Source: Bacteroidota bacterium (GTDB lineage: Bacteria > Bacteroidota > Ignavibacteria > UBA10030). From it: a DNA stretch of 64,000 nt. Location of the stretch: assembly GCA_050013655.1 (NCBI GenBank), contig JBEKEV010000004.1, positions 88,407 through 152,406 of the forward strand, given 5' to 3'. A program made the position numbers and the translations under genes. This document shows, in pieces, positions 48,617-59,990 of this stretch (within the stretch, counting starts at the first letter, position 1; every line of letters begins with the position of its first letter). The notes beneath the pieces were generated by a model. That model was given only the letters and a program-made list of their open reading frames with translations, searched no databases and was not told where the DNA came from.

Positions 48617-49687
48617 TCACACTATAATTAATTCTTTGGAAGATGTTGTCAGCACATCGCAGCCATTTTCGCGAACAACAATATCGTCCTCAATCCGCAC
48701 ACCGCCGCCGCCCGGAATATAAATTCCCGGTTCTATCGTCACCACATTGCCCGTTTGGAGTATTGCTGTGCTGAGCGCAGAAAGTCGCATGGGCTCATGG
48801 ACTTGAATGCCAAGTCCGTGACCAAGTGAGTGAATAAAATATCGTCCATAGCCAGCTTGCCGAATATATTTCCGCGCAACCGCATCAACAGAACGGGCCG
48901 CAACGCCATTGTGCACAGTATCGATCGCTTTCTTCTGTGCCTCAAATACAATTTTGTATATCTTTTTCATTTCAACCGACGGTTTCCCAACAGCAATAGT
49001 TCTTGTAAGATCGCTATGGTAGCCGCAATATCGGCAGCCGAAATCCAGAACCACCATTTCACCGCGCCGGATAATTTTATCAGATGCCCTTGCATGGGGT
49101 AGTGCACCGCGTTCACCGCTTGCCACGATGGGATCGAAGGCATCACACTCTGCGCCGTACTTTCGATGCCAGTAGCTGATTTCTGCAGCAATATCACATT
49201 CGCGTATGCCAGGTCGGATCAGCGCCAATATTTTCTTGAACACCTTATCGGTAATTTGCGCAGCATATCGGATGAGTGCTATCTCCCCATCATCTTTTAC
49301 CGCAGTTACAGTTTCGAGAATCCTCGTTGCTGGTGTAAAGTGTCGACCAGGCAGAAGTTTTTTTAGACTCTTCATATCTGCTACTGAAACATATTCACTC
49401 TCGAACCCGATGCGTACCTCTTTAGGAATCAGCGATTTTTCTGTGATGAGTGGAAAGAGACGCTGCTTCGCAATGATGATGGTGAAGCCGTCAACTTCTT
49501 GCGGCGCTTGAGATTTATATCGTCTATCCGTGATAAAAAATTGTTTTTCCGGAGTAATCACACATAGCCCGCTGGAGCCGGAGAAACCTGTTAGATAACG
49601 AACGTGAGCCATTTCGGTTACAAGCAATGCTTGAAGCCGAAGCTCTGTCATCGCTGTGCGAACTGCGGTAAGCCGTCGGTGAATCAT
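48617..49687 (-). CDS. pepP: Xaa-Pro aminopeptidase, M24 family
   Basis: Creatinase N-domain plus M24 metal ligands (HGLGHGLGIQVHE). The start is moved to MIHRRL to avoid overlap with guaB. Confidence 0.8.
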   Translation of the reverse strand: MIHRRLTAVRTAMTELRLQALLVTEMAHVRYLTGFSGSSGLCVITPEKQFFITDRRYKSQAPQEVDGFTIIIAKQRLFPLITEKSLIPKEVRIGFESEYVSVADMKSLKKLLPGRHFTPATRILETVTAVKDDGEIALIRYAAQITDKVFKKILALIRPGIRECDIAAEISYWHRKYGAECDAFDPIVASGERGALPHARASDKIIRRGEMVVLDFGCRYCGYHSDLTRTIAVGKPSVEMKKIYKIVFEAQKKAIDTVHNGVAARSVDAVARKYIRQAGYGRYFIHSLGHGLGIQVHEPMRLSALSTAILQTGNVVTIEPGIYIPGGGGVRIEDDIVVRENGCDVLTTSSKELIIV

Positions 49688-49694
49688 CGAGAGA

Positions 49695-51173
<1,479 letters not shown>

Positions 51174-51499
51174 TTATTAAAATCGAATGACAAAATTCCT
51201 GTTCTGAATTTCATCACGGAAACTTCCTTGGAAGGATAAGTGATGTCTCGCTTATACCGAGTAAACAACCGTGCGATTAATTTTGCTAAAAAAATTAGGC
51301 AATAATCGACGCAAAAGCAAGAAAACGATGGCTGGTATAAATATAGAAAAGCCGGCTTCTCGATCAACCTCACCATGAGTGATCAAATACCGGCTCTACA
51401 AGAAGGAGTTTTGGGAATCTTGAGTTTATTCCCAATTGTTGTTACGAATTATGAAATAGAAAGTTGCACAATAGATGAGATTTTTTTACTTAAGATGAT

Positions 51500-52870
51500 C
51501 TATTCGGGAGAATCCCACCGTGGCACTTGAATGTTATATCGCTTGATCTTAAGATAGAGCGTCTTTGGTGTAATGCCCAATGCCTTTGCAGTTTTGACAC
51601 GATTCCAATGGAGATGTTTCAATGTACGTTCGATATGAAGTTTTTCAAGATCCTCAATGGTAACGAGAGTCTCTGCCTGTGGGAGTTCAGAGAGAGCTGC
51701 GGACTGAGGAGGTGCAGCACTCAATGCAACATTCATCCATAAATCTTTTGGTTCCACTACATCGGCATGGCTGAGAGCAATTGCGCCTTCAATGACATGC
51801 TCAAGTTCACGGACATTACCCGGCCAATCATAGATCATCAACACTTGCAACGCTTCCGGGCTGAGGTGTTTCGTTTTTGTTTTTCGGGCAAGAAAACTTT
51901 CTACAAGAAGCGGAATATCTTCTTTACGTTCTTTGAGATTAGGCAAACGGAGACTCACGACATTCAATCGATAGAGTAAATCCTCGCGGAACCGATTCTC
52001 TTTTACTTCTTCCTGTAAATTTTTATTTGTTGCCGATACGACACGAACATCCACCGTTCGAGTGTTGGTTCCTCCGACTCGGCGAAACTCACCTGTCTCA
52101 AGAAAGCGAAGAAGTTTTGGCTGAGTAGTTACACTGATATCACCGACTTCATCCAGGAACAACGTGCCGCCATCAGCAACTTCGACAAGTCCTTGTTTCG
52201 TCTTTATGGCACTTGTGAAAGATCCTTTTTCATGTCCGAACAGTTCACTTTCCAAGAGCTGGTCCGGCATCGCAGCACAGTTGACAGCGATAAACGCCTG
52301 ATTCTTCCTCATACTATGCTGATGAACAAGCCGTGCAAAAAGTTCTTTGCCCGTGCCGCTCGCTCCTTGAATCAATACAAATGCTTCGCTCGACGCTAAC
52401 TTGATCGCCTTGTTGACGACATCTTTGAATATTTGGCAATCACCAATCAACTCAACCGGACGGGCGAGCTGATTCACTTCCTTTTCGATGAGTAGTTGTT
52501 TGTGTTCGAGTGCACGTCGGACTGTCGCAATAAGTTCAGCCGTTTCGTATGGTTTGCTGACAAAATCGTACGCTCCAAGTTTTGTCGTCTCAATGGCAGT
52601 TTTAACATCCACGATATTCGTCAGCATAATGACTTGTGTAGCCGGAGCATGTTCTTTGATATGCTTCAGTACTTCGACTCCGCTGATGCGTGGCATCTTG
52701 ACGTCGAGCAAGACAACATCGTACACTTTTGCTTGTATAAGATTGATGGCGTCTGAGCCGCTCAGCACGGTATCAACTTCGAACTCCGGCAGATCTTCCA
52801 GCTCAGTTTTGACAAGATAGGTTATCGATTCTTCGTCATCAACGACTAGAATCCGATGTTTTTTTGACAT
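51500..52870 (-). CDS. Sigma-54-dependent Fis-family transcriptional regulator (REC, AAA+, HTH)
   Basis: Receiver domain, GASGTGKE, a GSFTSA variant of GAFTGA, and a C-terminal HTH. Confidence 0.85.
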   Translation of the reverse strand: MSKKHRILVVDDEESITYLVKTELEDLPEFEVDTVLSGSDAINLIQAKVYDVVLLDVKMPRISGVEVLKHIKEHAPATQVIMLTNIVDVKTAIETTKLGAYDFVSKPYETAELIATVRRALEHKQLLIEKEVNQLARPVELIGDCQIFKDVVNKAIKLASSEAFVLIQGASGTGKELFARLVHQHSMRKNQAFIAVNCAAMPDQLLESELFGHEKGSFTSAIKTKQGLVEVADGGTLFLDEVGDISVTTQPKLLRFLETGEFRRVGGTNTRTVDVRVVSATNKNLQEEVKENRFREDLLYRLNVVSLRLPNLKERKEDIPLLVESFLARKTKTKHLSPEALQVLMIYDWPGNVRELEHVIEGAIALSHADVVEPKDLWMNVALSAAPPQSAALSELPQAETLVTIEDLEKLHIERTLKHLHWNRVKTAKALGITPKTLYLKIKRYNIQVPRWDSPE

Positions 52871-52894
52871 AGCGGCAAGGCTCCCTTGCCAGCT

Positions 52895-53272
52895 TTATGT
52901 ACTAGTAAGAACTCTTTCGACTGTGGTAAGCAGATCGACGAGATCGTAGGGCTTACTTACGAAATCTTCTGCGCCAAGTTTTTTCGACTCGATCGCATTC
53001 TTGAGGTCAGCAAAACCTGTTAACATAACGACCTTGGTTTTGGGCCAGCGGTCCTTGACAAATTTTAGAACTTCAAATCCATCAACATTGGGCATTTTAA
53101 TGTCCAAGAGGATAAGATCAAAACCTTTTGTTGTTAAAATATTGATAGCATCTTGTCCGTCGGCGGCATTGGTGACTTGATACCCTTCGCCTTCTAATTC
53201 TGCACTCAGGACAACACGAAGCGCTTCTTCATCATCAACAACCAAAATTCTGTTTTTTGCAGGCATAGCCAA
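52895..53272 (-). CDS. Single-domain response regulator (CheY-like)
   Basis: 125 aa receiver domain only; a 24-nt gap to the downstream sigma-54 regulator gene. Confidence 0.8.
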   Translation of the reverse strand: MAMPAKNRILVVDDEEALRVVLSAELEGEGYQVTNAADGQDAINILTTKGFDLILLDIKMPNVDGFEVLKFVKDRWPKTKVVMLTGFADLKNAIESKKLGAEDFVSKPYDLVDLLTTVERVLTST

Positions 53273-53483
53273 GCTCCTTGCGGAATGTCTGTTTTCGATT
53301 AGAAAACCGATATCATCATTGATTCTTAATCGATATTAGCTCTGCTGATTATAGGAAGAATACTTTTGAAAAGCAACTTCTACAATGAGAAAGCTTTGAT
53401 ATTTCATATTTAAGAATATTTTACTCCTGCATGGACAAATCTGTGATTGAATATTATGAGAACTTATGGTACAATAAGTCTGT

Positions 53484-54194
53484 ATGAGTACTGTTGATTC
53501 GAATAACGCATCAAATCCCGTGCGCATCCTTATGGTAGATGATGACGTTGCATTTTCCAGGGTTGTTCGGGCTATTCTTCAACTCTACCGACAGCGCACA
53601 TTCATCATTACATGGAAGGAGTCCGTCGAAAGTGCACTTGTTGAAATCGAACAAAATCAAGAGATAGATCTCATTCTCGTAGATTATTACTTCCCAACTT
53701 CTAACGGCTTGGAATTCTGCTTGCAACTGGACCAAATGGGGCGTTCCATTCCCATTATCTTTTTAACTGGCTCCCGTGACTTCAAACTCGCCGTGGAAGC
53801 AATGAAACTCGGAGTTGAAGATTACCTGCTGAAAGAAGACCTAGATCAAGCCTATTTACCACGAACCATCCTTAGCATTCTTGACCGCGTTCACGTACGC
53901 AAGCACAAACTTGCGGTTGAAAAGAGATTGGCGATGGCTGAGAACCGTGCCCAAGCAATTCGCGAGCTGGTTGTCACGGTCTGCCATGAGTTCAACAACC
54001 CATTGGCGGCAATTAAAATCAGCTTCGACCTCCTTCAGCGTCAAACCGTGGAGATAGTTGCGCCAGAAATAATGAGGTCTTTTGAGAGCCGTTTTAATAC
54101 CATTGATTCAGAAATCAAACATTTGCGCGATTTGAACTTCGAGAAAATTGATTTCCATGAGGAGAAGACATCCAACTCTCAAGAGACTCCGTAA
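53484..54194 (+). CDS. Receiver domain fused to a HisKA dimerization/phosphoacceptor domain, lacking an ATPase domain
   Basis: Receiver with a conserved Asp/Thr/Lys set, then a coiled coil, then an H-box (CHEFNNPLAAI). The gene ends at 236 aa with no N/G boxes. Confidence 0.7.
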   Translation: MSTVDSNNASNPVRILMVDDDVAFSRVVRAILQLYRQRTFIITWKESVESALVEIEQNQEIDLILVDYYFPTSNGLEFCLQLDQMGRSIPIIFLTGSRDFKLAVEAMKLGVEDYLLKEDLDQAYLPRTILSILDRVHVRKHKLAVEKRLAMAENRAQAIRELVVTVCHEFNNPLAAIKISFDLLQRQTVEIVAPEIMRSFESRFNTIDSEIKHLRDLNFEKIDFHEEKTSNSQETP

Positions 54195-54349
54195 ATCTTG
54201 CATCTCTGTCTATTTTTTGCTATACTTTGAGTAGTTCAATGGAATAGAATGAATCCTTGCCAGTGGTTGTAACATAGATCGAGATGCTTGCAAACAAGAA
54301 ATTAATAATCGCTCTTCCTGCAAATAAAAAACATAGAGAGTTTTAGAAA

Positions 54350-54382
54350 GTGTCCCGCCCAATAAGCGGGACACTTTTTTTT
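54350..54382 (+). terminator. Strong intrinsic terminator whose T-run ends 4 nt before the nif3 start codon
   Basis: GTGTCCCGC-ccaataa-GCGGGACAC followed by T8. Confidence 0.75.
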
Positions 54383-54386
54383 GTAT

Positions 54387-55499
54387 ATGAGCTTACATGT
54401 GACCGATATTGTACAAGCGTTTGAAGAATGGGCACCGAGGTGGGTAGCATGGGAGAGAGATAACGTAGGCCTGCAAGTTGGAGACCAACTGCAAAATGTC
54501 ACAAAAATTTTGGTTACGCTTGACGTAACGAAACAAATTGTTGCCGAGGCAATCGCAAGAAAAACTGAACTGATCATCTCACATCACCCGCTTCTCTTCC
54601 GACCGCCATCGTCAATCACGATGAGTGATGCTGTCGGTGAGTTAATTTTGAAGCTTGCACAACACAAGATTTCCCTTTTTTCTGCGCATACGAATCTAGA
54701 TTTTACACAAGGCGGAGTAAGCTTCGAACTTGCAGAAACACTCGGATTGGAAAACATTCGATTTCTCTCGCCATTAAAAAATTCACTGGCAAAAATTGCT
54801 GTCTTTATTCCGGAAGGTCATGTTGAGCACGTGATGCACGCAATGACACGGGCAGGAGCCGGTATGATAGGTAAGTATTCATCATGCTCATTCGGTACAA
54901 AAGGCACAGGAAGTTTCCGCGGCTCTCCATCATCCAATCCTTTTAGAGGAAAACGCCAAAGTCTGGAATTTGTCAAAGAGACAAGGCTCGAGATGATTAC
55001 GCCGCGCGCAGGCGTGAACGGAGTGATCGCTGCCATGAAAACAGTGCATCCCTATGAAGAAATTGCGTACGACATCTATAATGTTGAAAATCCGAATCCC
55101 AATTTCGGAATGGGTGCATTCGGCACATTGTTAAAGCCACAGCCGCTAGGAACATTTTTAAAGTTCGTCAAGCGAACACTGGGCAGCGGAACGTTGCGTT
55201 TCACAGGCAGAACAACAAACGAAGTCCAGAACATAGCGGTCTGCAGCGGGGCCGGCTCGGACCTTCTGTCCGATGCCATTGCCGCAAAGGCAGATGTATT
55301 TATCACTGCGGACGTGCGATATCATGCGTTTCACACAGCGGCAGGCAACATTGCCCTTGTAGATGCAGGCCACTGGGAAACTGAACAAATTGTTTTAAAA
55401 CCTATTGCGGATCGAATTCGCGCTGTCGCCCGAAAGGCGAACGAGCCTTTAACCGTTTGGATCACCAAACATATAACGAACCCGATTCAAACGATGTAA
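54387..55499 (+). CDS. Nif3-like dinuclear-metal-center protein (YbgI/YqfO family) with an inserted PII-like domain
   Basis: Nif3 N-terminal and C-terminal halves (HHP, HA/HWETE metal ligands) and a length of about 370 aa. Confidence 0.8.
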   Translation: MSLHVTDIVQAFEEWAPRWVAWERDNVGLQVGDQLQNVTKILVTLDVTKQIVAEAIARKTELIISHHPLLFRPPSSITMSDAVGELILKLAQHKISLFSAHTNLDFTQGGVSFELAETLGLENIRFLSPLKNSLAKIAVFIPEGHVEHVMHAMTRAGAGMIGKYSSCSFGTKGTGSFRGSPSSNPFRGKRQSLEFVKETRLEMITPRAGVNGVIAAMKTVHPYEEIAYDIYNVENPNPNFGMGAFGTLLKPQPLGTFLKFVKRTLGSGTLRFTGRTTNEVQNIAVCSGAGSDLLSDAIAAKADVFITADVRYHAFHTAAGNIALVDAGHWETEQIVLKPIADRIRAVARKANEPLTVWITKHITNPIQTM

Positions 55500-55527
55500 A
55501 CTGTTAGATTATTGAGAGGAGTAACCG

Positions 55528-56259
55528 TTGGAAAATCGATTACGATTGTTGTACTCATTACAGTTGGTTGATTCCAATCTTGATGAGCTCCAGGAAATGA
55601 AAGGCGATTTACCGAAAATCGTAGCCGAATTATCGGAGACTATAAAAGGCAAACTCGCACAAAGGAAGGAACTTGATGACATCTTAAAAAAATCGATCGT
55701 CAATCGAGACAAAGCAGATGTGGACATACTGTCTCTCAAAGAGAAGATCGAGAAATATAAAACCCAGCAGTTTCAAGTGAAAACCAACAAACAATACGAT
55801 GCATTGGCACGAGAGGTCGATCACGCTCAGGAGAAGATCACAAAACTCCAAAGAGAGATGGACGGTCTGGAAGGTAAAGCTGAATTTGCGAAGGAGGATG
55901 CAGAGAAACTTCGACCTGAGATTGAAACATTGCAGGCAGAATTTGCAGATCGCAAGAAAGAACTCGCTGCCGTCAACAAAGAACACGAAGACGAAGAGTT
56001 GAAACTCCAGCACCAACGCGAGAAGATTGTCAGTCGCATCTCGAAAACAGATTACCAGATGTACGACCGAATCCGTAAGGCAAAAGAGGGACGTGCCATT
56101 GTTCAGGTACAGCGAAATTCCTGCGGCGGATGCTTTAACCGCGTGACACCACAGAGAGTACTGGAACTGCGGAAAAATTCAACTCTCATCACATGTGAAC
56201 GATGCGGCCGCGTACTCGTTTCGGATGAGATAGTTGAAAGTGCAAAGAAATCTGTATGA
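55528..56259 (+). CDS. Coiled-coil plus C4 zinc-ribbon protein (COG1579/DUF164 type), a conserved partner of Nif3
   Basis: Long coiled coil followed by CGGCF..CERCG, located immediately downstream of nif3. Confidence 0.75.
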   Translation: MENRLRLLYSLQLVDSNLDELQEMKGDLPKIVAELSETIKGKLAQRKELDDILKKSIVNRDKADVDILSLKEKIEKYKTQQFQVKTNKQYDALAREVDHAQEKITKLQREMDGLEGKAEFAKEDAEKLRPEIETLQAEFADRKKELAAVNKEHEDEELKLQHQREKIVSRISKTDYQMYDRIRKAKEGRAIVQVQRNSCGGCFNRVTPQRVLELRKNSTLITCERCGRVLVSDEIVESAKKSV

Positions 56260-56672
56260 CCATACTCGCCTACACGGATGGTGCATCACGCGGTAATCCT
56301 GGTGAAAGCGGAGTTGGCATCGTACTGAAGGATGAACTTGGCAATGTGATTGGATCACATTTTGGCTACATTGGACAAGCAACAAATAACATCGCCGAAT
56401 ACACGGCTCTTGCTACTTGTCTAAAGCTCGTGAAAGAAATTGAATGCGACCACCTTGTCGTCCATTCCGACAGTGAGTTGATGGTGCGTCAAATAAACGG
56501 CCAATACAAAGTGAAGGATGAAGGATTGAAGAAACACTTCCTACACATCCAAAAAATTCTTACGGCATCACCATTCCAATTTGCAATTAAACATGTGCCA
56601 CGAGAAGAGAACCGTGAAGCAGACCAATTGGCGAATCGCGGCATTGATACAAAAAAACGTTTACACGTATGA
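56256..56672 (+). CDS. rnhA: Ribonuclease HI-family protein
   Basis: RNase H fold with a DEDD-type pattern (TDGASRGNPG...AEY...HSDSELMV...D); 4-nt overlap with the upstream gene. Confidence 0.75.
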   Translation: MTILAYTDGASRGNPGESGVGIVLKDELGNVIGSHFGYIGQATNNIAEYTALATCLKLVKEIECDHLVVHSDSELMVRQINGQYKVKDEGLKKHFLHIQKILTASPFQFAIKHVPREENREADQLANRGIDTKKRLHV

Positions 56673-56700
56673 GCTTCCAGTTTGGGAAGCTCGTCATACT
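56671..56700 (+). terminator. Hairpin terminator after rnhA, preceding rnpB
   Basis: GAGCTTCCagtttgGGAAGCTC followed by a T-rich tail. Confidence 0.5.
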
Positions 56701-56746
56701 TTTGGCAAAGTGTTGTTGAGAAGGCTGGACGTTGGGTCCAGAAGCA

Positions 56747-57239
56747 GAAGCTGGTGCGTCAGGCAGTCGCCCTATTCTGGTTATATAGAATAGGGAGGAA
56801 AGTCCGAACACCACAAGGCAAGGCGCCTCGCGTGTACGCTTAGGGCGTAGAAAGCGAGGGTCCCGCAGGCAACATCCTGCAGGAACGGAGAGTATCACAG
56901 AAAACGCACATCCCGATTTCTTCGATAAGAAGAAGCCGAGAAAAGGTGAAAAGGTGGTGTAAGAGACCACCGCATCGTCAGTAATGACGATGGTCGCGTG
57001 AGCGATCCCATCTCGATCTATGGATTGAGATGGAACAAGAGAAACCCCGCTTGGTGCAAGACCGTGTAGATCCCGTTTCCGATTTAGCGAAAGCTAAGTC
57101 GGGATAGAGTTGCCCGCTCCAGTTCACACACGTGAAGACGGGATGGGTAGGTCGCCAAGAGAAATGGCTGCCTCGTTTCGTCGGTTGCTTCGGCAGTTAA
57201 CGGAATTAGACAGAATTCGGCTTATCGACTAACCACTTC
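56747..57239 (+). ncRNA. rnpB: RNase P RNA (bacterial type A), rnpB
   Basis: GGAGGAAAGTCCGAACACC (P4 5' strand), AAGGTGAAAAGGTGGTGTAAGAGACCACC, and ACAGAATTCGGCTTATCG (P4 3' strand). A compensatory UCCGAA/UUCGG change relative to E. coli CCGG/CCGG supports the call. Ends pair as P1 GAAGCTGGT/ACCACTTC, and the region has no coherent ORF. Confidence 0.9.
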
Positions 57240-57328
57240 ATGCTTCTGGATGTATTGACATGCTTGCATCCGACCATACGCATCCACCTTCTTACTATAA
57301 TCTTCAATCATTGTACTGAAGGATACTG

Positions 57329-59071
57329 GTGACACCAAATCGTGAATATCGCTGGACGTTTCGCAAAGATTCGGATTTAATAGCAGAAGATGCTCAAATT
57401 GCACAATCCTTAGCTCAGGAGCTTTCAATCTCCCCGATTCTGACAAAGATACTTGTCAGTCGGCGCATTGATACATTCGAGAAAGCTCGGGCTTACTTCC
57501 GTCCAAGCATGGAAGACCTCCATGATCCTTTTGCAATGGAACAAATGGATGTAGCAGTGGAACGAATCACGAGGGCAATATCGAGCAATGAGCACATGGT
57601 CATCTTTGGTGATTATGATGTTGATGGAACAGACAGCACAGCAATGTTGTGGAAGTTTCTAAAAGATATCGGAGCACACGTTGACTATTTTATTCCCGAT
57701 CGGATTAAAGATGGTTATGGCATTTCTCTTGCTGGCATCGACCATATACACGACATAGGGGCAACTCTTCTCATTGCGGTAGATTGCGGCATCACTGCGG
57801 TACAACAAGTGCAGTATGCACGTTCGCAGGGAATCGATGTTGTGATATGCGATCATCATGAACCGGGGAGCGAAATCCCAAATGCTTCGGCAGTTCTCGA
57901 TACGTTGAAGCCATCATGTATGTATCCATTCAAATTTCTCTGTGGATGCGGTGTTGCATTTAAACTCATTCAAGCACTGGCATTATCCGAACCGATACGA
58001 AGTCAACTGGGTGAAGATGCTCCAAAGCGATTGCTCGATTATCTCCAATATGTCACATTAGCGACCACAGCAGACATCGTTCCTCTTGTCAATGAAAACC
58101 GTATCATGGTGAAGTTGGGGTTGGAACTCATCAACTCTATTCCTGTTCCGGGAATTCGTGCACTCATTGAAACCTCCGGATTATCACCGGGAAAAATTTC
58201 TTCCGGACAGATCGTCTTTGTGCTTGCACCGCGTATCAATGCGGTTGGTCGGCTAGGCGATGCCAACCGGGCAGTTGAAATGCTCGCCAGCAATTCATTC
58301 GATCATGCAGTTCAAATCGCCAAGGTTATGGAAGATGAAAATTTCCAACGGCGGAAGATTGATGAGGAAACATTCATTCAAGCGCAAGAAATTGTGGAAC
58401 GCTATTTAAACGCCGACAACGACAGCGCAATTGTCCTGCATCAAGAAACATGGCATCCGGGTGTTATCGGCATCGTCGCTTCACGATTGGTGGAACGGTA
58501 CTATCGTCCCACGATCATGATGACGACGGTGGATGGAGTTGCCAAAGGATCAGCACGGAGTGTATCCGGCTTCAACATTCACGAGGCATTGAAGCGATGT
58601 GAAGATAAACTCATCCAATTTGGCGGACATAAATACGCAGCAGGTCTCACGGTGGAACTTGACAGGCTGGATGAATTCCGCGATGCATTCAAACAAGTTG
58701 CCGCCGAACTTCTTACAGAAGATTTACTCACACCGGAAATCCATATCGATGCGGAAATACAACTTTCCGATCTGACGCCAAAATTCATAAAAGTACTAAG
58801 TCAATTCGCTCCATTCGGCCCGGAGAATATGCGTCCCGTGTTCACAGTACATGGCATAGAGGTGCTTGGTCAACCGCGTATTGTGGGGAAAAACCATCTT
58901 CGTTTTAAGGTACGGAGCAACACTCACGTTGTAGATGCTATTGGATTTAATTTGGGTCATTTGCTCAACCGTGTGCAGAGCAGCAAAAAAGTTGATGTTG
59001 CTTTTTCACTCGATGAAGGCGAATTTGCAGGAGAAACTATCCCGCAATTAAAAATTCGAGATATAAAGTAA
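57329..59071 (+). CDS. recJ: Single-stranded-DNA-specific exonuclease RecJ
   Basis: DHH motifs (DYDVDG, DHH in VICDHHEPG) and a DHHA1 domain. Confidence 0.9.
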   Translation: MTPNREYRWTFRKDSDLIAEDAQIAQSLAQELSISPILTKILVSRRIDTFEKARAYFRPSMEDLHDPFAMEQMDVAVERITRAISSNEHMVIFGDYDVDGTDSTAMLWKFLKDIGAHVDYFIPDRIKDGYGISLAGIDHIHDIGATLLIAVDCGITAVQQVQYARSQGIDVVICDHHEPGSEIPNASAVLDTLKPSCMYPFKFLCGCGVAFKLIQALALSEPIRSQLGEDAPKRLLDYLQYVTLATTADIVPLVNENRIMVKLGLELINSIPVPGIRALIETSGLSPGKISSGQIVFVLAPRINAVGRLGDANRAVEMLASNSFDHAVQIAKVMEDENFQRRKIDEETFIQAQEIVERYLNADNDSAIVLHQETWHPGVIGIVASRLVERYYRPTIMMTTVDGVAKGSARSVSGFNIHEALKRCEDKLIQFGGHKYAAGLTVELDRLDEFRDAFKQVAAELLTEDLLTPEIHIDAEIQLSDLTPKFIKVLSQFAPFGPENMRPVFTVHGIEVLGQPRIVGKNHLRFKVRSNTHVVDAIGFNLGHLLNRVQSSKKVDVAFSLDEGEFAGETIPQLKIRDIK

Positions 59072-59165
59072 GTATCATTGTATGAAAGTCTTTTCACTCA
59101 TTGAGTCATGAAGCACACACGCAAGAACAGTTCACTCGACACTCCATAGTCTAAGGAGAGGAACA

Positions 59166-59921
59166 TTGTCAGGGCACAGTAAATGGTCCACGATCAAGAG
59201 AAAGAAAGCTGTCACTGATGCACGGCGCGGAAAAATTTTTACGCAAGTCATCAGGGAAATTACCGTCGCTGCAAAAATGGGCGGTGGCAGTTCAGAAACC
59301 AATGCGCGCCTTCGCTTCGCCATCGATAAAGCGAAAGCATGCAATATGCCTGCAGACAATATTAAGCGCGCCATTCAGAAAGGTACCGGCGAACTTCCCG
59401 GGGTCAATTATGAAGATGCCGTGTACGAAGCATATGGTCCCGGTGGCGTTGCCATCATTATTGAAACGGTGACAGATAATAAGAATCGAACGATCTCGGA
59501 CATTCGACATATCCTTGAACGAAACAATGGCAAAGTTGCCGTGTCCGGATCTGTCGCATTCCAGTTTCACAAGAAAGGTATTATTCTTATTTCAAAGTCC
59601 ATTGTACCGGAAGACGACCTCCTTTCTATTATTCTCGATGCGGGCGCAGAAGACATGAAAACCGAAGACGATGAATATTACATTATTTGCACTCCGGAGA
59701 ATTTTGAAACAGTAAAGCAAGCCATCGAGACAAAAAACATCAAGATTGAATCAGCGGAAATTCATCTTGTCGCCGACAACACCGTGAAAGTAGAAGGAAA
59801 AGATGCGGAAAATGTTTTGAAGCTGATGGAAGCACTCGAAGAACACGACGACGTTCAGAAAGTGCATGCAAACTTTGATATTGACGATAAGGAATTAGTA
59901 CGACTGGGAACCGGAAGTTAG
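59166..59921 (+). CDS. yebC: YebC/PmpR-family transcriptional regulator
   Basis: MSGHSKWSTIKRKKAVTDARRGKIFTQ. Confidence 0.9.
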   Translation: MSGHSKWSTIKRKKAVTDARRGKIFTQVIREITVAAKMGGGSSETNARLRFAIDKAKACNMPADNIKRAIQKGTGELPGVNYEDAVYEAYGPGGVAIIIETVTDNKNRTISDIRHILERNNGKVAVSGSVAFQFHKKGIILISKSIVPEDDLLSIILDAGAEDMKTEDDEYYIICTPENFETVKQAIETKNIKIESAEIHLVADNTVKVEGKDAENVLKLMEALEEHDDVQKVHANFDIDDKELVRLGTGS

Positions 59922-59990
59922 TTCACCGGTGAGTGCAGAATTGTCAAACTCACAACACACAAATAAATCAATCACAAAGTATAAATTGGT

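Noticed and set aside
56587-57446. Minus-strand ORFs (127 aa and 74 aa) over the rnhA/recJ intergenic region
   Set aside because: The region is RNase P RNA with conserved P4/P10-12 sequences, so the ORFs are spurious.
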